A stretch of DNA of 64,000 nucleotides, from NCBI GenBank assembly GCA_020137815.1, contig CM035359.1:6262001-6326000 (forward strand), given 5' to 3'. The stretch is from Hormiphora californensis. Taxonomy: Eukaryota; Animalia; Ctenophora. Position numbers and translations under genes: made by a program. Under the pieces are notes generated by a model. The model had not been told where the DNA came from and did not search any database. It was given only the letters and a program-made list of their open reading frames with translations. This document shows, one piece after another, positions 50,789 through 64,000 of the stretch; position 1 is the first letter of the stretch; each line of letters starts with the position of its first letter.

Positions 50789-53381
50789 ACCTCTCTCTAT
50801 ATCTCTCTATCTCCCTGTCTCTCTCCCTGTCTCTCATTAGAGAAAGATCAACAACCCCCAGATCTCCAGCCATTCTCTCAGCTGGTGTGTGGACACACAT
50901 TGCATATGTTGTTCTTGTTGTTTTAAGCTGCCGCATCCCCCTCCATTGACATTGTGGGGCTGATATGGTCTGGTGTTATTGAGTCTACGGCCACGATACC
51001 GATTCGGGATGAGAACGATCAGCTTGCTATTAGAGCTTAATTTATTTTATTCTTGAGCTACGGCAATTCGATATGTCGACTGCTATTTGATACCATTTCG
51101 GCCCATGTAGTATAATATATCGGTCACTGTGAATTGTATTGATTCGATTCCAGTCTGCGTTCTGGGATCATTGACCGGAGGATTTCAAAACATCTTTCAT
51201 GGGAATCTTTGAAGTCTTTGAAGCACATTAAGGCAGCGACCCGATCAGTTACAGTGCATCTCGATTAGATAGAAATAGTCACTTCTTCCTATAGTTTTGT
51301 TTAGTTACTGCTAGTTCACTATGCACTAATTCATTGATCGTTGTTATACTCAGGTTTCAGGAGTTCCTGAAACCTGAGTATCAACATGACAATGAAAGTA
51401 GTGGTTAGATATTACCACATCTCAAACTACTAAGAAATACCAACTCATTTATAAAATGGAATACTCGTGTTAAATTTTAGAGATTAGGTACTAACGATCT
51501 ACTCCTATTCAACCTTTTATAAACTGAGAAAATTACAAGATTTATCATACCTACTCTCTCTCTCTCTCTCTAAATGCTGGAAGAAGCCTCGCAGAGAACG
51601 CTATATAAGCTGCTGCAGGTGGCACACGCCCCACACTCACACACAAATATACGAAATGACGTACAGAAGATCCAGAAAGAAGAACTAGCATCCACCTGCC
51701 ACTAAACCAGACACTAACTTATCATCGCCTCAATATGTCAGTCGGGGTCTGACTGTCCGACTCGGACAGTCGGTATAGATCAACATGATCTCCCTGACTT
51801 TCACACACTCAACTCCATATAGATCATTCTATAACAGTCTACACATCATTTGGACTTGAATAGTGATTCACTATTAGTGACCGTTTACGCTTTAATGTCT
51901 AATGTAGTGTTATGTATAACTATTATCACATATAGACTATAGAGAACTTAACCATCTGCTTCAAGACTCAATATAGCTCAATATACAGATATACTTACTT
52001 GTGTTGCTTGTAGTATGTACATGCATACATCATACTATTATTGAAACAAATAGGGAAATGATGTGTCCCGTTTTTTTTACCAAATATGGCATTTTGCACG
52101 TGCAGGTTTAGGGGTGGAGTACTATAGCTGGAGTTGGGCCAGGGGTGGGAGCTGTTGCCAAGGATTGTTACTAATGTACTGCAGCTGCACGTGCAGCTGT
52201 TCTTGCGTTGTTTTTGTGTCACTGTTCCAGCTATTTATGCTCTCTTCAACAACCGTTGATATACGATTACGAAAGCGACAATTGGAGATCTCACCGCCAT
52301 TCTCTACTTTTCCATACACTGAGGGGTTTAAATACAGCAACACCAAGAGAACTGAGAAGTGCAGAGACAATGAAAAAGACGTTGGAGGTTAGACAGAACC
52401 GGTGATCAATCCCAGATGAATAATGCAAACAGATGAAACGCGAGGAGTTCTAAAACTCGCAGCGATCCCGCCTGAGCTCCTTTTACGGTACGGTGCATGT
52501 CAACAGTTCGACTGGTGATGTCAGTGTTCCCTAATCCAGCTACCATTTCCCAGAAATTCGCCCGTAGGGCGAACGGGTTTACTAGTGTACACAACACATA
52601 TATGTGTATAATGAACCGGGTTTTAAAAGAACGCTTAATTGAAGTTGGAATACTCTAGGGGAGTGTAGGAGATGGAAGCCGGAAGAAATACGTCTTCCTA
52701 GGTACCCGGGTTCTTTTATTGTAAGTTGGTCCCGAAAGAAAAGCCCCATACCGTACCGCAAAAACCCATGGTGTAGTGATGGACTCGACTGTAAAAAAGG
52801 CCTTTCAGTTTTATCCCACAAGTTTAAGTGGGGTTCAAAACTGTATGGTTATTTCCCTCTTCAAAAGTTTGTACTCTTTGGGTGCTTCCTGGTTCCATAT
52901 AGATGCCTATAGTTTGCTACATCACAAGCTCCCAGCTCAACTCCCTTTTGTTCGAGTTCTCAGCTAAGCTTTTGTATTAAATGCATCTGCTATTATTATA
53001 GAGAGCTTCTATACAAATGCAATGCTAGTTTAGTACTAAAGCTAGAGTTTCATACCTTTTTTCGTGAGGCTTTGCGGTGCCATTTTATATACTACTTTGT
53101 CTGGCGTATTGGTAAAAACTTGATATATGCCTTTTAGACTCAACGGTTTAGTCCAAATTTGTTAATCAGCAAATATATTTGCCCTCCTATCAATATCTCG
53201 CTGACTTACCTTATATAGGTATATGTTATCGCCGAGGCCGGCTCTCCCAGTCCAAAGCTGCTTCTAAAACATTGAATTTCCTAGTAGATTCCAGTTGTTT
53301 ATCCTTGTTTATAAATATCTGGGAGAAGCTGGATAGTTAATATAAAAAACCCCTCTTCCCATATGTCACAGGTGAAGTAGA

Positions 53382-56300
53382 ATGGGAGAAAACAACAACA
53401 ACAACAACCTTTACTCTCCTGTACTATCGGTAAGCAATATCTTGTTTGTCTACTTTTCGTGTCTAATTGTTTCTCTTACACTTTTCGTGTCTTCGATATC
53501 AGGCAATCTACCAAAGAACACCCGACTGTTAATCTGAAGTCTTGTAGTTTTTCTAGATTGTTTTCAAGGGTCCAACCCCCTAAAAACTGTCGGTCTAGAG
53601 TATTCCAAGTTGATAACAATTTGAATTTAAATCCCCTCCAATTCTTTTGTGGTCAGGTGGTCTCAATACCGAATTCATCAACCAACACTCCAAGTCGCGT
53701 CACGCCATAAAATTCGATCTTTTGGTAATGAAGAAATGCGTTCTATTGCCATGCCCTCTTTAAGTCCAGCCTTTTCTCCCTCTTTCTCGCACCTACTATG
53801 AGCTGTTACCTATATTGTGTTACTACAAATTGTGTTGGGGAACAAAATGTGTCCCCCGCCTAGTCTGCTATCATGGGTTGCACTGCACAATGCACATATT
53901 ACCGGAATCGATCATTTGTCCTTTTGTTATTTTGTATGTGACTTCTTTAGACCACATTAAGTTTGTTGGATATCAACAAAATGTAGTACAGTCGGACCCC
54001 GATTTACCGGGCACCCTGATTTACCGGGCACCCCGATATACCGGGCACCCCGATTTACCGGGCAAAACCCTTTCCCCCGAACATCCCGGTAAATTGGGGT
54101 CCGACTGTACTAAGTATATAGGTACTCCAAGGTTCAGCAAGTTTGTCAAGTCAAAAACCAGTTTTTTCAGACTACTATCTTATCTGCATTCACAATTACA
54201 TAAGTGCAGCTGTGCACCTATTTTTGACGCTTCTTTGACAGACTCACATGATTCATTAATTTTCACCTCCTTTATCTCGCCCCGAAATACTCAGAATTAT
54301 GTCTAATACAATGAAGGTGGAAACCTGCATAAAAAACAGGGTAAGTCTGAAAAACCTCTCAAGGAGAGTCTCAATGAGTGAGGGGGGGGGTGGGTTGTTA
54401 TTCAGAATTTTAAAAGCCTCTCTTTATATTACGCAAAACATGAGAGAGGTTGTTCATGTTGTTTTGGAAAATCAATTAGAATATATCGGCGGTACTGGAG
54501 GGGGAGTCAAAGCCTGGTTCAAAGTATCCTACCGCTTCGTTTCTTATCTCTGTTGTTCAAGGGAGAGAGGGCCAGAGAGGGGCATGTTATCTAGCAACAT
54601 GGTTCCCGTGTTAGCCCCCTTTTTAGCCCCCCCGGGTTGATGAGAAAGGTCAATAGTAAATTCCTATTTTTCGCCAAGTTCAACCGTGAACAATGATTTA
54701 TTGACCAGTCGTGTCTAAACCTTATGGCTCCCAGCCGTGCGTTATCTTGATTTTAATCAGAAAGTTACGAAACTTTCCCATTCTGCGTCATCGCCATATG
54801 CCTGGCAATCCAGCTTTTAACACTTGTCTCTCCCTCCATAAGGCTGCATTTTATCAATTCACTAATGTGGTAAACTTATCGGATGCCCAGTGTGGTATTG
54901 CCCACTACCTGTCGACCCGGCCAAATGTATATGAGACGTGATACGTGTCAACAATTCTTCCAGTTCTTATCCAGCTGTGTATTTCAAAAATGTCGTTGAA
55001 AGCTTGCCTTATTTGCTATATTTCATCAAATATAATTGTCAGTAAACATTACGTAACTGCCTCATTTATGACTTAATATGCGTGAATCTCTCAGTCAGGT
55101 CTAATATTACAGTGCATTACTGATCGCCACAGGGACAAGATACCTCATAGCGGTCCATACTCACTGTGTTTCTCTCTTGTGTTTTCCGACAGCTGTTTCA
55201 CCCTTTAATATAATGTGCAATTGGGTTTTCGTAGTTGTAAGGGAATTGGAGATCTGTTTCACAGTCTGTAACTGTATCTCATTACCAATCTCTCTGCAGC
55301 AACTGCATATCACACCCGATTCAACAATTTGTCGTCTCTCTAAAGAAATTCATCCCCCTCTCTCACACACTTTCTCTCTCTATCTTTTTCCCTCATTTAA
55401 TCTGAGGCCGCATGAACCATGAAACACTGTTGCTAGGCTACAATAGTGCCATATGCCCTCAACTCGATTAGAACTAAATCGTGTTGACAGGGGTAGAGAT
55501 TCATTTACCAAGCTCCTAGTTGCATTGGGGTGCCTTCTTTTTTGGCTATCTTGGTCATTTGAAATCATGTCATTCCTTTGCATAAAATTCCAAGAAACTG
55601 ACCAGAATTCTCATTTTTTTAATGAAGCCTTGCAGTTGCAAACCAATTCCGGAAGACGATCGAATAGTTAAGCAAAATTTAGCGCTTGTTAAAATTCTTC
55701 CCAGCCGATATTTTGCATAATATCCCCTATGATTAGGAAATAAAGGCTCCATAACGGTTTGCAACTGATCGTAAGACAGTTAAGCAGAATTTGTCTCATG
55801 CATTGCTCCTCTATAACAACTATATAAATCCAGAAGCTATTATAATGTGCAAAACAATCTAACCACTTTATGGAATCGTAGCAACGCCCGTCTGAGATAA
55901 AAAGCCACATAAAATGTTTTATTAATCAATATTTGTCTTCAACTTCATATAATAAATTGCTAGTAGATTCAAACTCTATCTGTCATGCAATGATTACCCA
56001 TGGTAGGAACCGAACGAATCAGGAAATACTGGTCCCTGATTGGCCGATAACCAGTCACGTGACCTAAGTAACGATCGTTCTGATTGGTTGTTGACTTGTT
56101 TCGGTCGGTTCCTGACCCATGGTTGTTTAGATGAGCTCGATCCACATTGCATTCCTATGCAAATGCAATGAACCATGAAATGGGTTCTCTTCTAAACGTG
56201 CCCCAACACACACAGCTGCTGTACCTGACAGATGGTACCATGTGTCTCTACACGTGTTGTTATACCACTCAACACACACAAACCATCATATGTCTTTATA

Positions 56301-59300
56301 TTTCTCTTTCTCCTCAACTTGTTGAGTGTTTTCTAAACCATATTGGGAATGAGGTTGTGCATAGCTTCAAATATATCCTTGTTTGAGTGTATAGCAGTTG
56401 TTTAAAGGCCATCTGATCTGATCAACATGCATAATTCATGGCTTGCCGCATAGTTTTGTTACTAAATTATGAACATTTTCCAAGTCTGGACTTGTGTAAA
56501 TCGTGTTGTCGTTGACACCAAAAGGGTCGGGACCCAGGGGCACCCACATTTTTTAGCTTTACCGTCACTTTTTATATTTGTTAAATCTTTCTTTTCCCTA
56601 AATCGTTTCTTTTTCCTCATAAAACTTCTTTAGCATTGACATATATGGCGTTGAGTATCGTTTAGAACTTGTCCTGACCTAATTTGTAACACAACAAGAC
56701 TTGCTCGACCCTGTTTGAACAAAACACATGAACAATACCAATAAAATGGTTGTCATTGTAAATAACAGTGTGGGTGATGGAACTACACCAGCTGCAGTTT
56801 ATAATGTGAAGGTACATGTCTGTGTGTTCTCTGTTTTTAGTGCCAAGACTACTTAACATTTCAGTTAAAAGAAGTCTCCACGGTTCATATTTCTGTAATT
56901 ATATGAATACGGCAGGTCTCATATTAATTTAATCACATGATATTATATCAAAATCAAATCAAGTTTACCATAGTTAGGCGAGCGTAGCAACTTCCTAAGA
57001 GCAAACCATACTTTTCTTTCCTTCTATAATTTATAGAGCGACCTTTACAAATACCATCTCACACCTTCCATTGTTACTCAACTCCACCCATCCTATACAG
57101 GGTTCTGAGGGGGAGGATGAGCCAGGTATTGAGCTGAAGAAGATGGACGATTCTAACAATGTAGTTGTGGATCTTAGTAATCACGATGGGGAGGCACCAG
57201 TTAAACAGGGACCAATCGGGGTAAGTAGCGAACATTATAGCACCATCTAACATCGAACATCTATCAATCGATAACAAAGTCGTCTCGGCAAAAAGGCGAA
57301 ACATTCAAGGAAGGCCAAATGTGTGAATCAGTCCATCACCAAAACATGTTTTCCCACAGAGGTTTCTGGAACAGCATAAAAAAGCTATCAACGTAATAAA
57401 GTGGACGGTGATTGTGATCTTTATCTATTCTTACACCCTGGCATCTATATTCATCAACCCTACTCACAGTAAGAAGCTGATTGGGCTGGTGATCTTTGGT
57501 ACTGCTTGTGCTCTTATCTACTTTGTTTTCCTAGTAAGTGTGGTTTATTCTTATAGAACAAATCCAAAATTTGTTGATATTGATTGTGATGATTTATGGA
57601 GCCGATTTTAAAAGTTTCTAGGTAGATGCTAGGGTCTATCAAACGTTTTCAAACTCTCTCCTAAAATTACATTTATTTCAGTTCATAAAGTCCTTCAACC
57701 CACCTAATGTAATAGAGATGCTACAGAGTAAGGTACCGTGGATCAACATGGCATCTGCCATCCTGGTCGGACTCACCTTTCTCGGTGAGTAATAGGGATG
57801 TTCAATGTTTATGTATAATACTAGATTATTCAGTTTTTGATTTTCTCGTTATGTCATTATCTTCAGGTCGTGGGGGGGGGCTTGCCATTTGCCAGGCCTC
57901 GAATATGTTTCAGAATATTCTCGAGAGTATTCTGAATTCTCCTGCCACCTACCTACTAGGTGACCTAGGTCATAACAAATTATCTCTCCCTTCACAGGTA
58001 TTATCATCTACTTCATTGCCGTGTCTAAGAACAGATTACGTAAAATCCAGGCACTCGGGGGTCTGGTGGTTTATGTTCTACTCTGCTGGCTATTCTCTGT
58101 GGACAGAAAAAAGGTAAACCTCATCGGATGAATCGATCTCGGTGGAATAATATATGGTACATGTGTTTAGTCTTCAATGGGGATGTGAGGATTTAGTGAC
58201 TGTGAGATTCCCAGAAACCACAGGGGCACATGTTGGAATATAAATGTATGCACGTGAAGAGACAAAGTGAAGGTTAGAGTGTAGCTTATCTTAATCGCAT
58301 AAAGTGAGGGGTGTGTGCTGGATATCTACAAACGAAAAACTTAATAGCCACGATAGAGTACTGGAGAGACGAATAGAAGTACGGTTGAGACACTTTAATA
58401 CTTTCTGTCAGAGCATTGGCCTGACCCTATTCTCCTTTCTTTCTGCACGTGGAGCACGCAAGAACTGTAGTCAGAGTATATTGGCCTGACAGAACATTCC
58501 CAGGTGAAATGGAGGGGAGTATTGTGGGGATTGGGTCTTCAGTTCTCGTTTGCTCTCATTATCCTCAAGACAGCTCCTGGTAGAGACTTGTTTGATTTCA
58601 TCGGGAACCAAACTACTATTTTCCTAGGTATGTGATCATGATCATGATGGTCTTTAGTCTTCAGATAAACTATTATCAAACCTCATTAACTACATCAAAA
58701 CACACGACATGCACAACAACTGTCAGTGTCTCCTAGTTCCACATAATATGAACTGCCTCGAATTCTAACCACTCCCATTACAGATTACTCAAAGGTCGGG
58801 TCACGTTTTGTGTTTGGTAACGTAGCGGTGGATGGTGCGGGGAAGAATGACCTGGTAACCAAGGGAAACGAATACGCATATTCAATCTGGTAAATTACAA
58901 ATCGCAAACGTATGCACTGACTCAAACCGATATTTTTTGAAATAAGTTTCTAGGTTTTTACATTATATCATCTACCTAAACCTGATTTTCAACAGGTGTT
59001 TTGCCATTCTTCCTACAGTGGTATTCTTCTCTGCCTTCGTATCAATGCTCTTCCATATCGGAGTTCTACAAGTCATTATCATGGGTAAGATCTGTTATAG
59101 CAGGAACCGACCGAAACAAGTAAACAACCAATCAGAACTCGTTATTTAGGTCACGTGACTGGTTATCAGCCAATCAGGGAGCAGTATTTCCTGATTCGGT
59201 TCCTGATCTGTAGTTCCTCTTAGTTGATTTTTTGTATCCCGCTACCGCACGAAGCTTCTTTGTATCATAGCAACGGACATACGCAACCACCCGAACTTTC

Positions 59301-61200
59301 GGGAGGAATAGGCGCCTCCCCGGGGATTGGGGATTGGGGTACATCTTCCCAGAATAGCTCCCAGAATAGCTCATCAAAAGGGAGGAGTATTATGGTAGAC
59401 TAAGTCTAACTATAAGAACAGCATTGAATGGTTCAACCTCATGGAGCCATGCTAAACTTGTCTATTGGTCTATCATCCACCAGCTTGAATTCTAGGAACT
59501 CAAAGGCCACAACTAGATGTTTCAAGTTGTAAAGAGGCCGCTTGAGCGACATGTGGCTCTTGGAACCTTGGTTCACAGCCAGCTGGTTACTTGTTGACCA
59601 AACCCACAGTTTCACACCCACATATACCAGGTATCAGTAAAGCGATGTTCTACACAATGCAGACCTCTGTGGTGGAATCCCTAAACGCAGCGGGAAACAT
59701 ATTCGTGGGGATGACAGAGGCCCCCCTAATGATCAGACCTTTCCTTCCTAAAATGACGAAATCAGAGATTCATGCTGTCATGACTGGTGGATTTGCAACC
59801 ATCGCCGGTAAGAAATGACTTCCAAACACTTCACCAAAACCAAAATAGAGCAGAAAAGAACCAGGCTGTCAGGACAATGAAAGTTATTAAAGACCATTTA
59901 TTCCCATGAATCTAGGTCATGTTGATAGTGCCTCTCTTACACACAACGCACTTCCCTAGGTGGTGTGTTGGCGGCGTATGTGGGGATGAACATCCCAGCG
60001 AAACATCTTGATAGCTGCCTCTGTTATGAGCTGTCCAGCTGCCCTGGCCATATCAAAACTAGTCTACCCTGAAACAGGTACTGCAGCAGTAGTATGACTT
60101 TTTAATGCGAAGATACATTTAACCTTCAAGACACCTAACTCAACCATATCATAGCTTTCAAAAGCCACGGACCACGGTCTATCAAATCCCAATTCTGCAG
60201 AGGTTTCCCAGTACATGTCCGGCGAGGACTTTGTAATTCCCTCCTCTGGAGGACGCCAAGAACTTCATCGAGGCTGCTAAGAATGGGGCTTCAGTTTCTA
60301 TCGGTAAGAGTAAGAGAGTACTCACAATATACTGTAATTAAGATTCGTCCCTACTAATATAATATAATATAATAGAATGTACTGCAGTATACTCTATGCA
60401 AGTATCGATTAATTGTGTTGGACTTTCTCCAGTTCAATTGTGTTTTCAGGTTTGGTGGCGAACATCGTTGTGATGTTGATATGTTTCATGTCATTCTACA
60501 ACGTGTTTGAGACCTGGTTTGCCTACTTTGCGATGTGCGTCGGCTGGGAGATTACCCTTACGGTCAGTTGATTAAATTTAAAATCCAGGTTTTATCTGAA
60601 CTTTTATGGCCAGTTTCAAAAACTTCTTTCTCTCCATTTTATGGAAATTCATTGCTTCTAACTATCTTTGTTTCAGGAGTTCATGGGTTACGTCTTTGTC
60701 CCCTTTGCCTGGTTACTGGGGATTGAAGAGAGCAACTGTAAAGATGCTGGAGAGCTCCTGGCCCAGAAGATTCTGATTAACGAATACTTCGCTTACGCCT
60801 CTCTGTCCAAGAAGATCGGAATGAAACTGGTAACAGAGAGAACTGAAATTCTGATGACGTATGCACTGTGTGGCTTTGGAAATGTTGCTTCCATGGGAAT
60901 TCAGGTAAAAAATGAAGTTTAAATGATTTTACAGATCTATCCAATAGGATCTCCTGACTCTTATAGATATATTCAATAAATCTCGATTGACCGTGAAATT
61001 CAGTGGGCTTGCTCTAACCCACTCTTAATTTTGGGCCCAGTGTCAGCTCACAACTCCCATAATTATTGCAGGTTGGTGCACTCTCAGTTATGGCTCCAGA
61101 ACGGAAATCAGACTTCTCTGGAATGGTATTCAGTGCCATGTTAGCTGGTACAGTGGCCTGTCAAATGACTGCTTGTATAGCCGGTATACTGTTGGGGTGA
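53382..61200 (+). CDS. SLC28: Concentrative Na+/nucleoside cotransporter (SLC28/CNT family), multi-exon, two apparent +1 frameshifts
   Basis: [107 protein letters not shown] and C-terminal [10 protein letters not shown]. The first exon is tentative (53382-53429 or 54299-54340). Confidence 0.88.
53989..54107. mobile_element. pogo/Tigger-type MITE
   Basis: TA|CAGTCGGACCCCGATTTACC...GGTAAATTGGGGTCCGACTG|TA, with internal GATTTACCGGGCACCC repeats. Relatives at ~35061-35165, ~48193-48238 and ~28215-28410. Confidence 0.85.
56004..56114. mobile_element. hAT-type MITE family B with 8-bp TSD
   Basis: ACCCATGG|TAGGAACCGAAC...GTCGGTTCCTG|ACCCATGG. Confidence 0.85.
59101..59205. mobile_element. hAT-type MITE family B (inverted copy)
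   Basis: Reverse complement of 15927-16035. Confidence 0.8.
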
Positions 61201-61872
61201 GCTGGACTCTCTGCGTTGGATCAGAGCCAATAAAGTTGACTTCGAGGCCATGGGTCAAGGGTTTCACTTGTGTATACAGGGCCTCAAGAAACAATGATAT
61301 TATGACATATAGGACTGCAGAAGCCGATTCTAAGTATTGAACGTTGCTGAGACGACATGACATTGGCGTGTGTGGAATTACAGCATTTATACGACCTGAC
61401 CTTTTTATCAAGTTTGACATGTGTCACGACACGTGTATTTTACCTGTAGTTATTAACCACATGTTTATATTGAGTATTGTTAGCGAGCCAGCTGTGAGTT
61501 TTAATTCTTCAGTTTAAAATATGGAATCTGGTAATGAGTCAGCGTCATATAATGAGTCAGCGTCATATACTTCAGCATCATATATTCAGAAAATGCAAAG
61601 CGAGGAAAGGGGAAAAAGGTCGTGCAGTATTCAGCATGGCAGCGAAGTTTAAAAACTCAAACGCGGATCTTTTTTGGAATGCTGAAACCGTTAAGTTTGG
61701 TTACTATCACAACTGTACAGCGATTATACACACAAGTTGAGTTTTTATCAAAAACATGTTGATCCCTAAAAACTAAACCACGAGTTTTTAAAAGCTGTAC
61801 AGTTTCATCGGGTGAGATCCGAGGTTAATGATCCAGGCAGTCTGTTGCCATAGTAACATGATTCGCGTGTAT

Positions 61873-63502
61873 CTAGCTGTAGGTACACGATCGCCAGGGG
61901 CACATACAAGCGAAGGGTCGCTTCTTGTGTACGAACGAATCATCCCATTTACCATCCTTCCGAGAGATGGCCACTACTCTCTGTTCTGTAGAGAGGGAGA
62001 AACAACGTGTAGTGAGGGAGAGGGGAGATTTTAGTATGATAAAAAGGCGATCTGGTTGGGTGTAATGTCTGGCGGCACTGACCCGATCTGAGCGCACTCT
62101 TTACAATCAGAACGGTGTCACAGTACTGTCACAGTATCACTGCTACCCCCGTCCCCCATGATACTTGTTGAGTAAGGGGGTGGTCGAGCCCCATACTGAT
62201 CAATAACTTGGTGACATTGATCAATAACTTGGTGACATAGACACCGTGCGCGACCAAGATTGAGCGGGGGTCGCGCCAGGTGTCTATATGTCACCAAACC
62301 AATAACATGATATATACTGCACACATACCTCTACTGCCTTCCACCCAGTTGTCAGGTTGAAACTTCCTGTCCCAGGTAGGGTTCCATCCAAGGGTTGTGT
62401 TATCGTGGTTAATCCATTCGTTAGTTCCATATCCTGTTGAGTTCATTACCTCCTCTACACCAATCCACACCTGGGGAGGGGCAAGTTAGTTAGGTGGGGG
62501 TTAGTTATTAGGTGGGGAGAGCGAGGGAGTAACTGGAGTGAGGGGAAGTTAGATGGGGAGGGGCAAGTTAGTTAGGTGGGGAGAGCGAGGGAGTAACTGG
62601 AGTTAGATGGGAGTTAGATGGGGAGTTAGGCAGGGAGAGCGAGGGAGTAACTGGAGTTAGATGGGAGTTAGATGGGGAGTTAGGCAGGGAGAGCGAGGGA
62701 GTAACTGGAGTTAGATGGGAGTTAGATGGGGAGTTAGGCAGGGAGAGCGAGGGAGTAACTGGAGTTAGATGGGGGTTAGATGGGGAGTTAGGCAGGGAGT
62801 GGGTCATTGCAGTGGTAGAGAATCACACAAATATAGAGGCAACCAAACCATAAAAGATGTGCCGAACTTCATGTTTTGGGCCACTCCATTACAATCACGT
62901 GGCTGATTTCTACTGCTTACCCAGTTAGAATTGTTGAATCTTGGTGTATCGATATCCACTCCCAGGGTCATATTAATTGCACCTCTCAGTTCGGCATTAT
63001 CTTCTGCACTATTTATCTGGGTGGATAGTGTTGGGTGATTGGAGCCCTCAAACAAAACTAGATAGTCCGGTAATATGACGTCATCATAATTGTCATCATA
63101 TTACCAGATGGGGGGCTGAAGGTTATAGCGATCAGGATATTTTAGCTGGATTAGTTTATTAGCCCACAACCGGTAACATACTACCAAACAAATATAGATT
63201 TACACCTACCATGGCCATAGTTAGTCCGTATTCCTCACACAACTCCTTCGCCTTCCACCACTTGACATGTTCCTGAACCACTATGTACTTGCCTAGAATT
63301 AGAGAAGGAGTAGGGTAGGGAAACTACTATTTTTTGAGCAGCCAGTTTACCAAGCAGGGGAGGGGCGGGGGAGGGGCTACACACAAACAAACTAGAAACC
63401 TACCACAGTAGTTGCAGACATAAGGAGCCTCCATGTTGTAATATGTATCATCCCACACTCCCTTCCTGCTGATCATGGCGTAGTTCTGGTAAATCCGGGT
63501 AC
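61873..63502 (-). CDS. 3' exons of a tandem C-type lectin domain protein (5' end outside the window or unresolved)
   Basis: Exons encode ...ISRKGVWDDTYYNMEAPYVCNYC | GKYIVVQEHVKWWKAKELCEEYGLTMAM | INSAEDNAEL... | VWIGVEE...WDRKFQPDNW | ...ISRKDGKWDDSFVHKKRPFACMCPWRSCTYS*, i.e. the WxxA..C, WIG, QPD and WxD motifs. Confidence 0.82.
62470..62800. repeat. 54-bp G-rich intronic tandem repeat
   Basis: Unit GGGAGAGCGAGGGAGTAACTGGAGTTAGATGGGAGTTAGATGGGGAGTTAGGCA, ~4 good copies plus degenerate ones. Confidence 0.9.
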
Positions 63503-64000
63503 TGAAACAACGATCAGGGGTTAGATTATGGGATCAGACTAATTCGGAGATCCGACTAAATGGAGACCGAATGGGATTTTATAGACGTGACTTGTCATGA
63601 GCATTAAGGCCAGAGGGGGGGTCCGAGGGTATAAAAAGTCACTTTCGGCCTCTGGTCCGGCTGGAAGAGCCGGACCAGATGGTATGCTCAGAATGGATTT
63701 TACGTGCACTGTTTTGGAGAAAAGTGAGGTTAACTTTTGTCCAAAATCTAATGTTAACCTCATTTATCCATGAACCACAATAGCTACAAAGCTAAATTTA
63801 ATACTGAATGAAAGATCTAGTTACAAGGTCAGCTCAAACGAAGTTTCAGACCTCTACTCCTAATGGTTGGAAAGAAATCGGAGGTTAACTTGATCCTCAA
63901 AAACTATGTTTTTCTTGAATATCTCGGGTGAAATTTGGGCCAGTCATGCCCCTTTCATTTGACAACCACTCATCCGTTAACCTCAGAACTTGGCAGGGAT

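Noticed and set aside
55380-55910. Short minus-strand ORFs as a nested gene in the SLC28 intron
   Set aside because: No recognisable motif or consistent splice structure.

Overview
Eukaryotic (animal) genomic DNA with GT-AG introns, long (AG)n microsatellites and many palindromic non-autonomous transposons. Gene content, nested genes and splice acceptors just upstream of start codons suggest a ctenophore-like genome, but this is inference only. Genes: two intronless Cys-rich/LDLa rhodopsin-class GPCR paralogues without leucine-rich repeats (1-1119 partial; 7842-10967); a secreted TSP1-repeat protein; a hand-assembled multi-exon secreted LDLa-repeat gene on the minus strand (21500 to at least 11351, probably to 3466 and beyond, which would nest the GPCR in its intron); a secreted multi-EF-hand protein; GMP reductase; an SLC28 nucleoside transporter (two +1 frameshifts); and the 3' part of a tandem C-type lectin gene. 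Mobile DNA: an apparently intact L2/CR1-group LINE whose ORF1/ORF2 overlap carries an in-frame A_AAA_AAC -1 slippery heptamer; an internally deleted RTE-like retroposon with a highly structured 5' region, inserted in a 1.57-kb palindromic Tc1/mariner-type element; a GGCGCC-rich foldback element; a piggyBac-type element; and several MITE families. Exon coordinates were read by eye and may be off by a few bases.
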